32,000 nt of DNA from Schaalia meyeri. Its GTDB lineage: Bacteria; Actinomycetota; Actinomycetes; Actinomycetales; Actinomycetaceae. The notes below the pieces were generated by a model. That model was not told the DNA's origin. It made no database searches and saw only the letters and a list, made by a program, of their open reading frames with translations. The number at the start of each line of letters is the position of its first letter. The stretch's first letter is position 1. The translations under genes and the position numbers were made by a program. The stretch is taken from assembly GCF_900105015.1 (NCBI RefSeq), contig NZ_FNLK01000012.1, forward strand, positions 240,001-272,000, given 5' to 3'. This document shows positions 16,547 through 25,077 of this stretch, one piece after another.

Positions 16547-17536
16547 TCACGGCACCGGAACCGCGTTGAACACCGCGTCGATCAGCCCCTCAACAGAAAC
16601 GTTATCCGCCAGCGCGTCGAAGGTACGGATGATGCGGTGGCGCAGAATCGCGTAACGCAGCCTCTTGATATCGTCGGGCACCACGTAGTTGCGCGCCTCC
16701 ATGAGCGCCAGAGCCTGAGCGATCTGCATGAGCGCAATGCCGCCTCGCGGAGAGGCACCCACGCGCACGTGCTTGGTCCACCCAGGCAGCGGATTCGGGC
16801 CCGCTCCCCTGGTGGTGTTGATGATGTCAACGATGTACGCCTTGAGGGTGCTGTGCACGTACACGCGGCGCGTCAAATCCTGCAGCAACAGAACATCGTT
16901 GACGGAGACCGGCTCCGAGGCGACGGGGACCTCCATCGCACCCGAATCGATACGCTCCAGGACCTCTAGCTCGTCAACCGGCGCGGGGTAGGTGATGACC
17001 TCCTTGAGCAAGAATCGGTCCATCTGCGCCTCAGGCAAAACATAGGTGCCCTCTTCCTCGATGGGGTTCTGCGTCGCCATCACCATGAACGGCCTGGGCA
17101 GGCGGTGGTTGACGCCGCCGATCGTGGTCTGCCCCTCCTGCATCGCCTCCAGCATCGCCGACTGGGTCTTCGCACTCGATCGGTTAATCTCATCGAGCAG
17201 GACCAGGTTCGCGTGGACCGGTCCCAGCTGGGTGACCATCTCGCCCGAGGCCTGGTTCCAGATCTGCGAACCCACGATGTCGTTGGGCATCAGATCCGGC
17301 GTGCACTGGATACGGTGGAACGTACCGGAGACGGCGGAGGCCAGGGTCTGAGCGGCGGTGGTTTTGGCCAGGCCCGGCACCGACTCGACCAAGACGTGTC
17401 CGTCCGCCAGCAGGCACGCCGTGAGCGCCGTACGCAGATCCTCCTGCCCGACAACTTTCGCCTGATAAATCACGGTAATGCGGTTCAGAATGTCCTTGGC
17501 CTGGGCAAGTTCCGCATCGGTCAGGTAAACGGCCAC
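16547..17536 (-). CDS. MoxR-family AAA+ ATPase
   Basis: GTG start follows AGGAG. Walker A is VPGLAKTT and Walker B is LLDEINR. The rest reads like MoxR/RavA-class ATPases (GPVHANLVLLDEINRSSAKTQSAMLEAMQE). Confidence 0.93.
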   Translation of the reverse strand: MAVYLTDAELAQAKDILNRITVIYQAKVVGQEDLRTALTACLLADGHVLVESVPGLAKTTAAQTLASAVSGTFHRIQCTPDLMPNDIVGSQIWNQASGEMVTQLGPVHANLVLLDEINRSSAKTQSAMLEAMQEGQTTIGGVNHRLPRPFMVMATQNPIEEEGTYVLPEAQMDRFLLKEVITYPAPVDELEVLERIDSGAMEVPVASEPVSVNDVLLLQDLTRRVYVHSTLKAYIVDIINTTRGAGPNPLPGWTKHVRVGASPRGGIALMQIAQALALMEARNYVVPDDIKRLRYAILRHRIIRTFDALADNVSVEGLIDAVFNAVPVP

Positions 17537-17603
17537 AAAGTCTCCTAGTGTGCACGGGAAAAGGTGCTGCTGTGGTTAGTCTAGTGCGCGGGGCGCGTTT
17601 TGG

Positions 17604-17617
17604 TGGACATGTGTCCA
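17604..17617. promoter_or_regulatory. 14-bp perfect palindrome TGGACAtgTGTCCA upstream of the MoxR gene
   Basis: Read directly. It lies about 70-80 nt upstream of the MoxR start, in the 117-nt gap after the preceding gene. Confidence 0.35.
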
Positions 17618-17653
17618 GACGCACCCCGCTCCGGGCCTGCCCGCGTCACCGGG

Positions 17654-18397
17654 TCAGCCCGCAGCACCCTGAACGACGCGCACGACCTCCGCGAAGTCGA
17701 CGCGCCGCCTGCGCTCGTCCTCGGGGGCAGCAAGGCACGTGTACACGCCCGACTCGACCGTCACCCCGCGCGCCACGCCCCAGGCCCACAGGGTTTCGAG
17801 TTGCAACTGCGCCGTGACGATCGCCTTACGTGAATAGTCGTCGAAATACCCAACTCCGATCAACGGCACATCGCCATAACCGGGCATGAGCAGGTGGATA
17901 TTGACGCTACCGGCGATATAGTCATCCCCGTAGTCACTCGGCTCACTGAGGCAAATAAAGAGATCCGAATGTGATCTCGGCCATGCATAGTCCGACCGAT
18001 TCGTCCCCTCGACCAGGTGAAAACCCATTCGGTCCACGACGAGCCGGTCGTTGCCGCGTATCTTCACGTCGTAGACGTAGTAGCCGATCACGCCAAAGGG
18101 AACCACGCACATGACGACGAGCGCGACGATGTCGGAGGACGAGCGGATAGCTCCGGACGCGCTATCCGGGTTCGTGAGAAAAATCAGCCCCACGACGAAC
18201 GGACACAGCAAAGAGAGACAGATCCCGCCGACCCACATGACCTTCGACCATGTCGAGCGGGAAGCGGATCGTTTGAACACGAGCGGCTCCTGCGCCATCC
18301 ACACCTGATTCGGCGCCAAAAATGGCTGAAATGCCGTGGGGCCGACAGTGCTCGCGCCCCCAGCATTTGGGACGTTGCCTGGACTATTCGGAGTCAC
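17654..18397 (-). CDS. hypothetical membrane protein (Pro-rich N-terminus, two TM helices, about 130-aa cytoplasmic domain)
   Basis: 247-aa ORF with TM helices VMWVGGICLSLLCPFVVGLIFL and IVALVVMCVVPFGVIGYYVY. I recognise no motif. The start is uncertain: GTG 18397 has no RBS, and ATG 18298 is an alternative. Confidence 0.6.
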   Translation of the reverse strand: MTPNSPGNVPNAGGASTVGPTAFQPFLAPNQVWMAQEPLVFKRSASRSTWSKVMWVGGICLSLLCPFVVGLIFLTNPDSASGAIRSSSDIVALVVMCVVPFGVIGYYVYDVKIRGNDRLVVDRMGFHLVEGTNRSDYAWPRSHSDLFICLSEPSDYGDDYIAGSVNIHLLMPGYGDVPLIGVGYFDDYSRKAIVTAQLQLETLWAWGVARGVTVESGVYTCLAAPEDERRRRVDFAEVVRVVQGAAG

Positions 18398-18630
18398 CGG
18401 GGGAGCAGTAAACCACGCATACGGATTCTACGGGTTCGTGCCAGGGTATCGTCCGCTCATCTCGTCTCTTTCCTCGCCTCTGCACACATTCTACTCACGC
18501 CGTTCAACGCCCTCAGTGCCTCGTGGCCGCCGCGGGGCCCACTTGTGGCACCCGGCCGGGTGGAGGCTGCGGGAGCTATTGCTGGACCTGCCCAGTCTGG
18601 GACTGTGGAAGCCGACTTCCAGCGACACAC

Positions 18631-18662
18631 GGGAGGCCGGGCCCGATCGGGCCCGGCCTCCC
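18631..18662 (-). terminator. 32-nt perfect palindrome downstream of pckG (I-shaped terminator)
   Basis: GGGAGGCCGGGCCCGATCGGGCCCGGCCTCCC equals its own reverse complement. It lies 33 nt after the pckG stop. Confidence 0.7.
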
Positions 18663-18694
18663 GCACTCGGTGTGCGCGAGATGCAGCGAGGCGC

Positions 18695-20530
18695 TCAGGC
18701 CTTCGCGGCGGCGATGCGCTGGCGGAACTTGGCCAGCTGCTCGGTGATGGCGGCGGGGAGCTTATCGCCGAACTGCTTAAAGTACTCCTCCGTGTCATCC
18801 ATCTCGGCGGCCCACGCGTCGGGATCGATCGCAAAGAGCTTCGCCCACACGGCCTCGTCGATGTCCAGGCCATCAAGGTTGAAGTCCTCGAACTTCGGGT
18901 AGCGTCCCGTCACGCCGTCGATGGCCTCGACCTCGCCGGCGGCGCGGCGGACGATCCAATCCAGGACGCGGCTGTTGTCGCCAAAGCCGGGCCACATGAA
19001 GTTGCCGTCCTCGTCCTTACGGAACCAGTTGACCTGATAGACCTTCGGGAACCCATCGCCCAGTTCCTTCTGCATATCAAGCCAGTGGCCCCAGTAGTCG
19101 GCCATGTTGTAGCCGCAGAAGGGCAGCATGGCGAAGGGGTCGTGGCGCAGCGAACCGGCCTTGACGTCGGTCGCGGCCGCGGTGACCTCGGAGGCCACGG
19201 AGGCGCCGATGAACACGCCGTGGGCGGGCTCGTACTGCTCGGCGACCAGCGGGACGTTGGTGGCGCGACGTCCGCCGAAGAGGATGGCGTCAACCGCAAC
19301 GCCCTCGGGGGCTTCCCAGTCGGGGCAGATGATCGGACACTGCGAAGCGGGAACGGTGAAGCGACTGTTCGGGTGAGCAGCCTTCTCACCGGACTCGGGG
19401 GTCCAGTCGTTGCCGTGCCAGTCGATGAGGTGCGCGGGAACCTCGCCGTCGATGCCTTCCCACCACACGTCACCGTCGTCGGTCAGGGCGACGTTCGTGA
19501 AGATGGAGTTAGCCTTGCCGGTCTCCATGGCCATGGGGTTGGTCTTGTAGGAGGTGCCGGGGGCGACGCCGAAGAAGCCGGCCTCGGGGTTGATGGCGCG
19601 CAGTCGCCCATCGGGGCCGGGGCGCATCCACGCGATGTCGTCGCCGACGGTCTCGACCTTGTAGCCGGGGATCGTGGGCTGAAGCATGGCGAGGTTGGTC
19701 TTGCCACAGGCGCTCGGGAACGCGGCAGTCACGTGGAACTGCTGGCCCGTGGACTCGCGGGTCAGGCGCAGGACGAGCATGTGCTCGGCCATCCACCCGT
19801 CGCGGCGGGCCATCGTCGAGGCGATGCGCAGCGCGAAGCACTTCTTGCCCAGCAGAGCGTTGCCGCCGTAGCCGGAACCGTAGGACCAGATCTCGTTGGT
19901 CTCCGGGAAGTGGGTGATGTACTTCTCGTCATTGCAGGGCCACGAGTCATCTTCCTGACCGGGCTCGAGCGGGACGCCGACGGAGTGAACGGCGGGAACC
20001 CACACACGGCCTTCGCTGATGAGGTCCATGGCGCCCGCGCCCATGCGGGTCATGATGCGCATGTTGCACACGACGTAGGGGGAGTCGGTGATCTCGACGC
20101 CCAGCTGAGAGATGGGGCCGCCCAGGGGACCCATCGAGAAGGGAATCACGTACATGGTACGGCCCTTCATGGAACCCGTGAACTTCTCACGCAGGGTCGC
20201 CTTCATTTCCTTGGGATCCGCCCAGTGGTTGGTCGGACCCGCGTCCTCTTCCTTCTCGCAGCAGATGAAGGTACGGGACTCGACGCGCGCAACGTCGGAC
20301 GGCTTGGAACGCGCGAGGAAGGAGTTGGGGCGCTTCTCCTCGTTGAGCTTGGTGAACATGCCGCTGGCGACCATCTGAGAGGTCAGGCGATCCCACTCCT
20401 CCTGGGACCCGTCGGCGAATTCGATGGCATCAGGGGTGGTCAGCGCTGCGATTTCAGCAACCCACTTGATGACGTCTTCGGGAGCGTTCGCCGGAGCGGC
20501 CGCTCGCACGTCCTGTTCGGTTACGGACAT
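18695..20530 (-). CDS. pckG: phosphoenolpyruvate carboxykinase (GTP)
   Basis: ATG at 20528-20530 follows AGGAGG. The translation shows hallmark GTP-PEPCK segments ([52 protein letters not shown]). Confidence 0.95.
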   Translation of the reverse strand: MSVTEQDVRAAAPANAPEDVIKWVAEIAALTTPDAIEFADGSQEEWDRLTSQMVASGMFTKLNEEKRPNSFLARSKPSDVARVESRTFICCEKEEDAGPTNHWADPKEMKATLREKFTGSMKGRTMYVIPFSMGPLGGPISQLGVEITDSPYVVCNMRIMTRMGAGAMDLISEGRVWVPAVHSVGVPLEPGQEDDSWPCNDEKYITHFPETNEIWSYGSGYGGNALLGKKCFALRIASTMARRDGWMAEHMLVLRLTRESTGQQFHVTAAFPSACGKTNLAMLQPTIPGYKVETVGDDIAWMRPGPDGRLRAINPEAGFFGVAPGTSYKTNPMAMETGKANSIFTNVALTDDGDVWWEGIDGEVPAHLIDWHGNDWTPESGEKAAHPNSRFTVPASQCPIICPDWEAPEGVAVDAILFGGRRATNVPLVAEQYEPAHGVFIGASVASEVTAAATDVKAGSLRHDPFAMLPFCGYNMADYWGHWLDMQKELGDGFPKVYQVNWFRKDEDGNFMWPGFGDNSRVLDWIVRRAAGEVEAIDGVTGRYPKFEDFNLDGLDIDEAVWAKLFAIDPDAWAAEMDDTEEYFKQFGDKLPAAITEQLAKFRQRIAAAKA

Positions 20531-20901
20531 TTTGCCTCCTGAGGCATTTTGGGTTGTCGGGGCCGCCTCGTGCGCCCCCGCTTGGCACAATCCATCATGC
20601 CGGAACGAATGCCCACGCTTGCGGGCGCTTGGTCCCGGTCACACCTCAATCCTAGCCGAACGAATCACGCGCCGCCCGGCCCGCAGGGACCTTCAGCCCA
20701 CCCGCGAAGCACCCCCGACGACCAGGGCACACCCGGGCCTCGCGAGCGGGAAAGAAACGAAGCCCCCACACCATATCGTGAGATAGAACACGAAATATGG
20801 TGTCACAAATGCGCATCTGAACTTGAAGTAGCACCGCACCATGACCGACGATTACAGGTAGCACAACAGTGCTGTTCACCATTGGAAGGACCGAGTACAC
20901 C

Positions 20902-21534
20902 ATGGGATTCCGAAACAAGACCCAAGGCCCTGACTTTTTTGAATACTTCACCTCCCAGGCGCGCCAGCTCGTGCAGGCCGTCGAGTTCCTCTCACACATT
21001 TATGCCGCCTCCCCCGAAGAACGCATCGCCCTGCGCGACCAGCTCCACGAGGTTGAGCACCGCGGCGACGAACTGAACCACGAGATCATCCAGCGCATCA
21101 ACTCCTCGTTCATCACGCCTTTCGACCGCGAAGATCTGCAATCCCTGGCATCCCACCTGGACGACTGCCTGGACTTCATTGACGAGGCCGGCGACCTGCT
21201 GGTCGTCTACGGAATCGCCGACATCCCTTCCTCCCTGGTCTCCCTGCTCAACGTGCAGCTCGATGTCATCAAGAACTGCGCCGACCTCACCGCCGAGTCC
21301 ATGCCCTCGCTGAAGTCCCCAGTGGACATGCGCGACTACTGGATCGAGATCAACCGCCTCGAGAACGACGGCGACCTGGCCTACCGCCGCACCCTGACGG
21401 CCCTGTTCGACTCCGGCCTGGATGCGATCACGATCATCAAGCTCAAGGACATCGTTCAGGGCCTCGAATCCTGCGCCGACGCCTTCGAGGAGCTGGCCAA
21501 CGTCATCGAGTCCCTTGCACTGAAGGAATCCTGA
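20902..21534 (+). CDS. DUF47 / PhoU-like phosphate-transport accessory protein
   Basis: The translation MGFRNKTQGPDFFEYF... with ...EHRGDELNHEIIQRINSSFITPFDREDL... and ...ENDGDLAYRRTLTALF... is typical of the DUF47 (YkaA-type) family found upstream of pit genes. ATG 20902 is preferred over the upstream GTG at 20869. Confidence 0.85.
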   Translation: MGFRNKTQGPDFFEYFTSQARQLVQAVEFLSHIYAASPEERIALRDQLHEVEHRGDELNHEIIQRINSSFITPFDREDLQSLASHLDDCLDFIDEAGDLLVVYGIADIPSSLVSLLNVQLDVIKNCADLTAESMPSLKSPVDMRDYWIEINRLENDGDLAYRRTLTALFDSGLDAITIIKLKDIVQGLESCADAFEELANVIESLALKES

Positions 21535-21537
21535 ACC

Positions 21538-22602
21538 GTGGATCTGAACCTGATCCTCGTTAGCGTCGTCATCGCCGTCGCGCTGTTCTTCAGCTACACG
21601 AACGGATTCCACGACGCAGCGAACGCGATCGCGACCTCGGTATCGACGCGCGCTTGGACGCCTCGAGCGGCGCTCCTGATGGCGGCAGTCATGAACGTCG
21701 TCGGCGCCATGATGGGCACCGCCGTCGCTAAAACGGTCGGCAAGGGCATCATTTCGATCAGTCGTTACGCCGAGTCAACGCAGCCGGAGATGCAGCACAA
21801 GGGCCTGGTCATCATCCTGGCCGCGCTGCTGGGTGCCTGCATCTGGAACCTGGTCACCTGGTGGTTCGGGCTGCCCTCTTCCTCGTCGCACGCCCTCATC
21901 GGCGGCCTCGTCGGCGCCGGCATCATGAGCGGCACGGCGGTCCACTGGTGGGGCATTCTGGACCACGTCATCATCCCGATGTTCGCCTCGCCGATCATCG
22001 GCTTCATCGTGGGCTACATCGTCATGCGGTGCGTCCTTCAGCTGCTGCGCAAGGCGCAGTATCACCGCTCCATGCGCCGCTTCCGTGCAGCGCAGCGCTT
22101 CTCGTCAGCAGCGATGGCCCTGGGCCACGGCATCCAGGACGCTCAAAAGACGATGGGCATCATCATCATGGCGCTGCTGGCCGGTGGATACGGCGAGACG
22201 CACCAGATCTACGACCCCATCACGGGCGACTTAACGGTGCCCCTGTGGGTCAAGGTTTCGGGCGCTCTGGCGATTTCGTTGGGCACGATGGCCGGCGGCG
22301 GGCGAATCATGCGCACGATCGGCCGCAAGATCATCGACCTGGATCCGGCGCGCGCCTTCACCGCCGAGGCCGTGTCCTCCTCGATCCTGTACCTGTGCTC
22401 CTACGTCATCCACGCCCCCATCTCGACGACGCAGGTCGTATCGACGGCGATCATGGGCGTGGGCTGCACGAAGCGCTTTTCGGCGGTTCGTTGGGGCGTC
22501 GCGGGCAACATCGTTGTCGCGTGGTTCCTGACCCTGCCAGCCGCGGCCCTGGTGTCGGCGATCGTGTACCTGGCAGTGGCTCTGCCGCTGGGGGTCCACT
22601 AG
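21538..22602 (+). CDS. pit: inorganic phosphate transporter, PiT family
   Basis: GTG start lies 3 nt after the DUF47 stop. The PiT signature is YTNGFHDAANAIATSVSTRA, and the protein is polytopic. Confidence 0.92.
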   Translation: MDLNLILVSVVIAVALFFSYTNGFHDAANAIATSVSTRAWTPRAALLMAAVMNVVGAMMGTAVAKTVGKGIISISRYAESTQPEMQHKGLVIILAALLGACIWNLVTWWFGLPSSSSHALIGGLVGAGIMSGTAVHWWGILDHVIIPMFASPIIGFIVGYIVMRCVLQLLRKAQYHRSMRRFRAAQRFSSAAMALGHGIQDAQKTMGIIIMALLAGGYGETHQIYDPITGDLTVPLWVKVSGALAISLGTMAGGGRIMRTIGRKIIDLDPARAFTAEAVSSSILYLCSYVIHAPISTTQVVSTAIMGVGCTKRFSAVRWGVAGNIVVAWFLTLPAAALVSAIVYLAVALPLGVH

Positions 22603-23033
22603 TGACACGCATTCGTCTCGTTGCTCTGGCCGCCGCACTCGGCATCGTCACGGCCCCGCTGGCTGGGTGCTCGGATTCCTCCGTCAGGCACATGCGGGTC
22701 GGACAGTGCATACGCCTGCCCCACGAAGAGACCGCGACCACCGTTGAGACCACCGGCTGCGCCCGCGAACACGACGCCGAGGTGTTCCACGTGACCTCCG
22801 CGCCCGACGGCGACTTCCCCGGGGCGGATACGTTGAACAAGCAAGCCGAAACCGAGTGCATCTCGGCGTTTGACGAGTACGTGGGAACGGACTACCTCAC
22901 GTCATCCCTAGATGCCACGTGGATGATTCCGACGAAGGACTCGTGGGCGCAAAAGGATCGGTCGATCGTGTGCCTGGCGCGTCCGCTGGATCATTCAAAG
23001 CTGACCAGTTCGGTGAAGAAATCCGGCATGTGA
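22602..23033 (+). CDS. Cys-rich secreted lipoprotein (septum-formation-domain-like), paralog 1
   Basis: GTG at 22602 overlaps the pit stop (TAGTG). The lipobox is LAGC. Four further Cys residues sit in the conserved contexts VGQC, TGC, ETEC and IVC. Confidence 0.75.
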   Translation: MTRIRLVALAAALGIVTAPLAGCSDSSVRHMRVGQCIRLPHEETATTVETTGCAREHDAEVFHVTSAPDGDFPGADTLNKQAETECISAFDEYVGTDYLTSSLDATWMIPTKDSWAQKDRSIVCLARPLDHSKLTSSVKKSGM

Positions 23034-23089
23034 CGCTGTGCCGCCATCCGCGTGGCGGTTTGGCCCAGGCCGGGCCGCCGCGCGTTGTT

Positions 23090-23129
23090 AACGGGGGAAG
23101 CGTCATCTGTGCTTGACGCTTCCCCCGTT
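23090..23129 (+). terminator. 16-bp perfect hairpin after lipoprotein paralog 1
   Basis: AACGGGGGAAGCGTCA-tctgtgct-TGACGCTTCCCCCGTT, followed within 20 nt by a T-rich tract (GTTGTTATAGTTTTT). Confidence 0.7.
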
Positions 23130-23252
23130 CGGCAGTCTCGTTGTTATAGTTTTTGCAGCGCAGCGGTATCTGCCCATCACACCTCACCCGTCCTCGCCGT
23201 GCCGCGCGCCCGCACTCGACGAAACCACGGTCCCATCGCATCAAGGAGCACC

Positions 23253-23708
23253 ATGTCCCACGCTTTTCCCCGCACTCTCACCCTCGCTGTCCTGGCCGCC
23301 GCCCTGGGGGTGAGCCTGCCGGCGTGCTCTCTCTACCCCTTCGGTAACAGCACCTCCGCCTTCAACATGAGGGTCGGCCAGTGCGTCCAGCTCCCGGACG
23401 ACTCCCAAGTCTCCAGGCTCGAGACCTCCGAGTGCACCGAGGCGCACGACGGGGAGGTCTTCCACATTGCGAAGCTCACAGATGCCACACTACCCTCCGA
23501 GGACGAGATGAAGGAAAAGGCGAAGGACAACTGCACCGGTGCTTTTGAGCCCTACGTCGGCAAGTCGTACGAAGAATCCGACCTTGAAGTCACGTGGCTG
23601 TACCCCACCACGCAGACTTGGGCGACGGGCGACCGCGAAATCATCTGCATCGCCACCTCGATGAACGAAGACAGGCTGATGGATTCGGTGAAGGATTCCG
23701 GCATGTGA
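23253..23708 (+). CDS. Cys-rich secreted lipoprotein, paralog 2
   Basis: ATG 23253 follows AAGGAG. The lipobox is LPAC. It shares with paralog 1 the blocks MRVGQC[IV].LP, EC/GC..EHD.EVFH, AF.[EP]YVG, W...DR.I[IV]C.A and SVK.SGM at the C-terminus. Confidence 0.8.
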   Translation: MSHAFPRTLTLAVLAAALGVSLPACSLYPFGNSTSAFNMRVGQCVQLPDDSQVSRLETSECTEAHDGEVFHIAKLTDATLPSEDEMKEKAKDNCTGAFEPYVGKSYEESDLEVTWLYPTTQTWATGDREIICIATSMNEDRLMDSVKDSGM

Positions 23709-23752
23709 GGTACAACGGGTTGGGTGCGCCGCGCGGGCGCTCCCAGCCCGCG

Positions 23753-24997
23753 TCAGCGGCGCTTCGCGCCCTTTCGGCAGGGCGCTGAGGGATCTTTCGT
23801 GGTGACGCCGTGCGTTTCAAACGCGGCCACGACCGGACCTTCGTCGCCATGCTCGACGTGCGCGACCAGGATCTGCCCACACGTCAGGACGGGGACGCAG
23901 GCGCTCGCGATGCTGCCCGCCCCGTGGGCTCGTATTTCCTCGATGATCGCCTCGCGCGCCTCGCCCACGACGGACAGGACGGCCGGGCTACCGTGTTCGC
24001 GCAGGCGTTCGGCCGCAAAAGCGCGAATCCGCGCCAAACGAGCGTCGATGTGATGCCGCCCGGCGTCGGCCCCACGGGTAGCGTCAAGGGAATCCACCAG
24101 GGTCACCGACCCGCCCCCCATCGACGCCCACGGGGTGAGGACCTGGCGCGCCCGAGCGCTGGGCGACGCGTAGGCACGCTCCGCCCCGAAGGCACTGAGC
24201 AGATCGATGAGGTCAAAAGCCTGACGCACGCCAAACCGGCTGAGCGGGGGATCAGCGGGGATCGAAGCTCCCTCGGCCTCCCCCGACGACGCCCGCTCCA
24301 CCTGCGCCGCCCTCCTGGCCGCCGCCGACGCCACCATCGCGGGGGTGGGCGCACGGCGGGAAGGGTGGGGCGCGGGGGCGGGGGCTACCCCCGTCCCCGG
24401 AACGGGACCAGGCTCGGAGGCGGCCAGGGCCTGGTTCGCGGCAGGAGCAGCGCCCTCGCCGGGGCGTAAGACGATAAGGGTGGTGGTGGCGAGGCGACCC
24501 TCGCGGGCGCGGGCGACGAGGTCGGCAAGGAGGCGGCGGTCGCCCCGTCGGGTGAGCATGTTGGCCGCCCGCTCGGGAGTGGCCCACGCGGTTCGGTCGA
24601 TTTCGGTGCGGGGTGCCCGGGCGACGGGGGCGCGCAGCCGCTCGAAGGCGCTGCCGGGGGACACGGGGGTACCCACCCAGTAGTGGACCTCCTTCGTTTG
24701 TCCACCGCCGAGCCTGTAGCGCTGAGTGGTCAGGGGCGCGCCGAGCGTGACAATCTGGCCGGTTTCTTCCTCTACCTCGCGGACGGCGGCCGCGACGAGG
24801 GCTTCCCCGTTTTCGGCTTTTCCCTTGGGCCAAGACCAGTCGTGGTAGCGGGGCCGGTGGACCATGAGGACCTCGATGACCGCGGGATCAATGGCCTCAC
24901 CGGGAACGGCGGCGCGGTCGGGGTCGGCGAAGCGCCAGACGAGCGCGCCGGCTGAGCGAACGAGTCGCTGAGGGCGTGGGGCTGGCATCGCAGACAT
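23753..24997 (-). CDS. NUDIX hydrolase fused to a degenerate histidine-phosphatase (SixA-like) domain (MutT1-type architecture)
   Basis: The Nudix box GKAENGEALVAAAVREVEEETGQ is intact. The C-terminal half has SixA-like blocks (LSRFGVRQAFDLIDLL...YASPSARARQVLTPW, ILVAHVEHG). The start is taken as ATG 24997, with ATG 25045 as an alternative. The track start at 25429 overlaps the upstream gene. Confidence 0.8.
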   Translation of the reverse strand: MSAMPAPRPQRLVRSAGALVWRFADPDRAAVPGEAIDPAVIEVLMVHRPRYHDWSWPKGKAENGEALVAAAVREVEEETGQIVTLGAPLTTQRYRLGGGQTKEVHYWVGTPVSPGSAFERLRAPVARAPRTEIDRTAWATPERAANMLTRRGDRRLLADLVARAREGRLATTTLIVLRPGEGAAPAANQALAASEPGPVPGTGVAPAPAPHPSRRAPTPAMVASAAARRAAQVERASSGEAEGASIPADPPLSRFGVRQAFDLIDLLSAFGAERAYASPSARARQVLTPWASMGGGSVTLVDSLDATRGADAGRHHIDARLARIRAFAAERLREHGSPAVLSVVGEAREAIIEEIRAHGAGSIASACVPVLTCGQILVAHVEHGDEGPVVAAFETHGVTTKDPSAPCRKGAKRR

Positions 24998-25077
24998 AGG
25001 GCCCAGGGTAGTCGCCCGACGGCACACGCGCCCTGGCGGGCGCATCACGTCACCCCAGGTGGCGTTGCCCCGCACCC

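Noticed and set aside
18017-20542. 841-aa ORF on the + strand
   Set aside because: It is exactly antisense to pckG, whose translation carries unmistakable GTP-PEPCK motifs. The + strand product is low-complexity Gly/Ala/Arg/Val, typical of high-GC antisense frames.
20871-20885. GTTCACC (PHO-box core as in Streptomyces PhoP sites) near the DUF47-pit start
   Set aside because: There is only a single copy and no 11-nt-phased direct repeat. It also lies inside or at the 5' edge of the possible coding region. This is not enough to call a PhoP operator.
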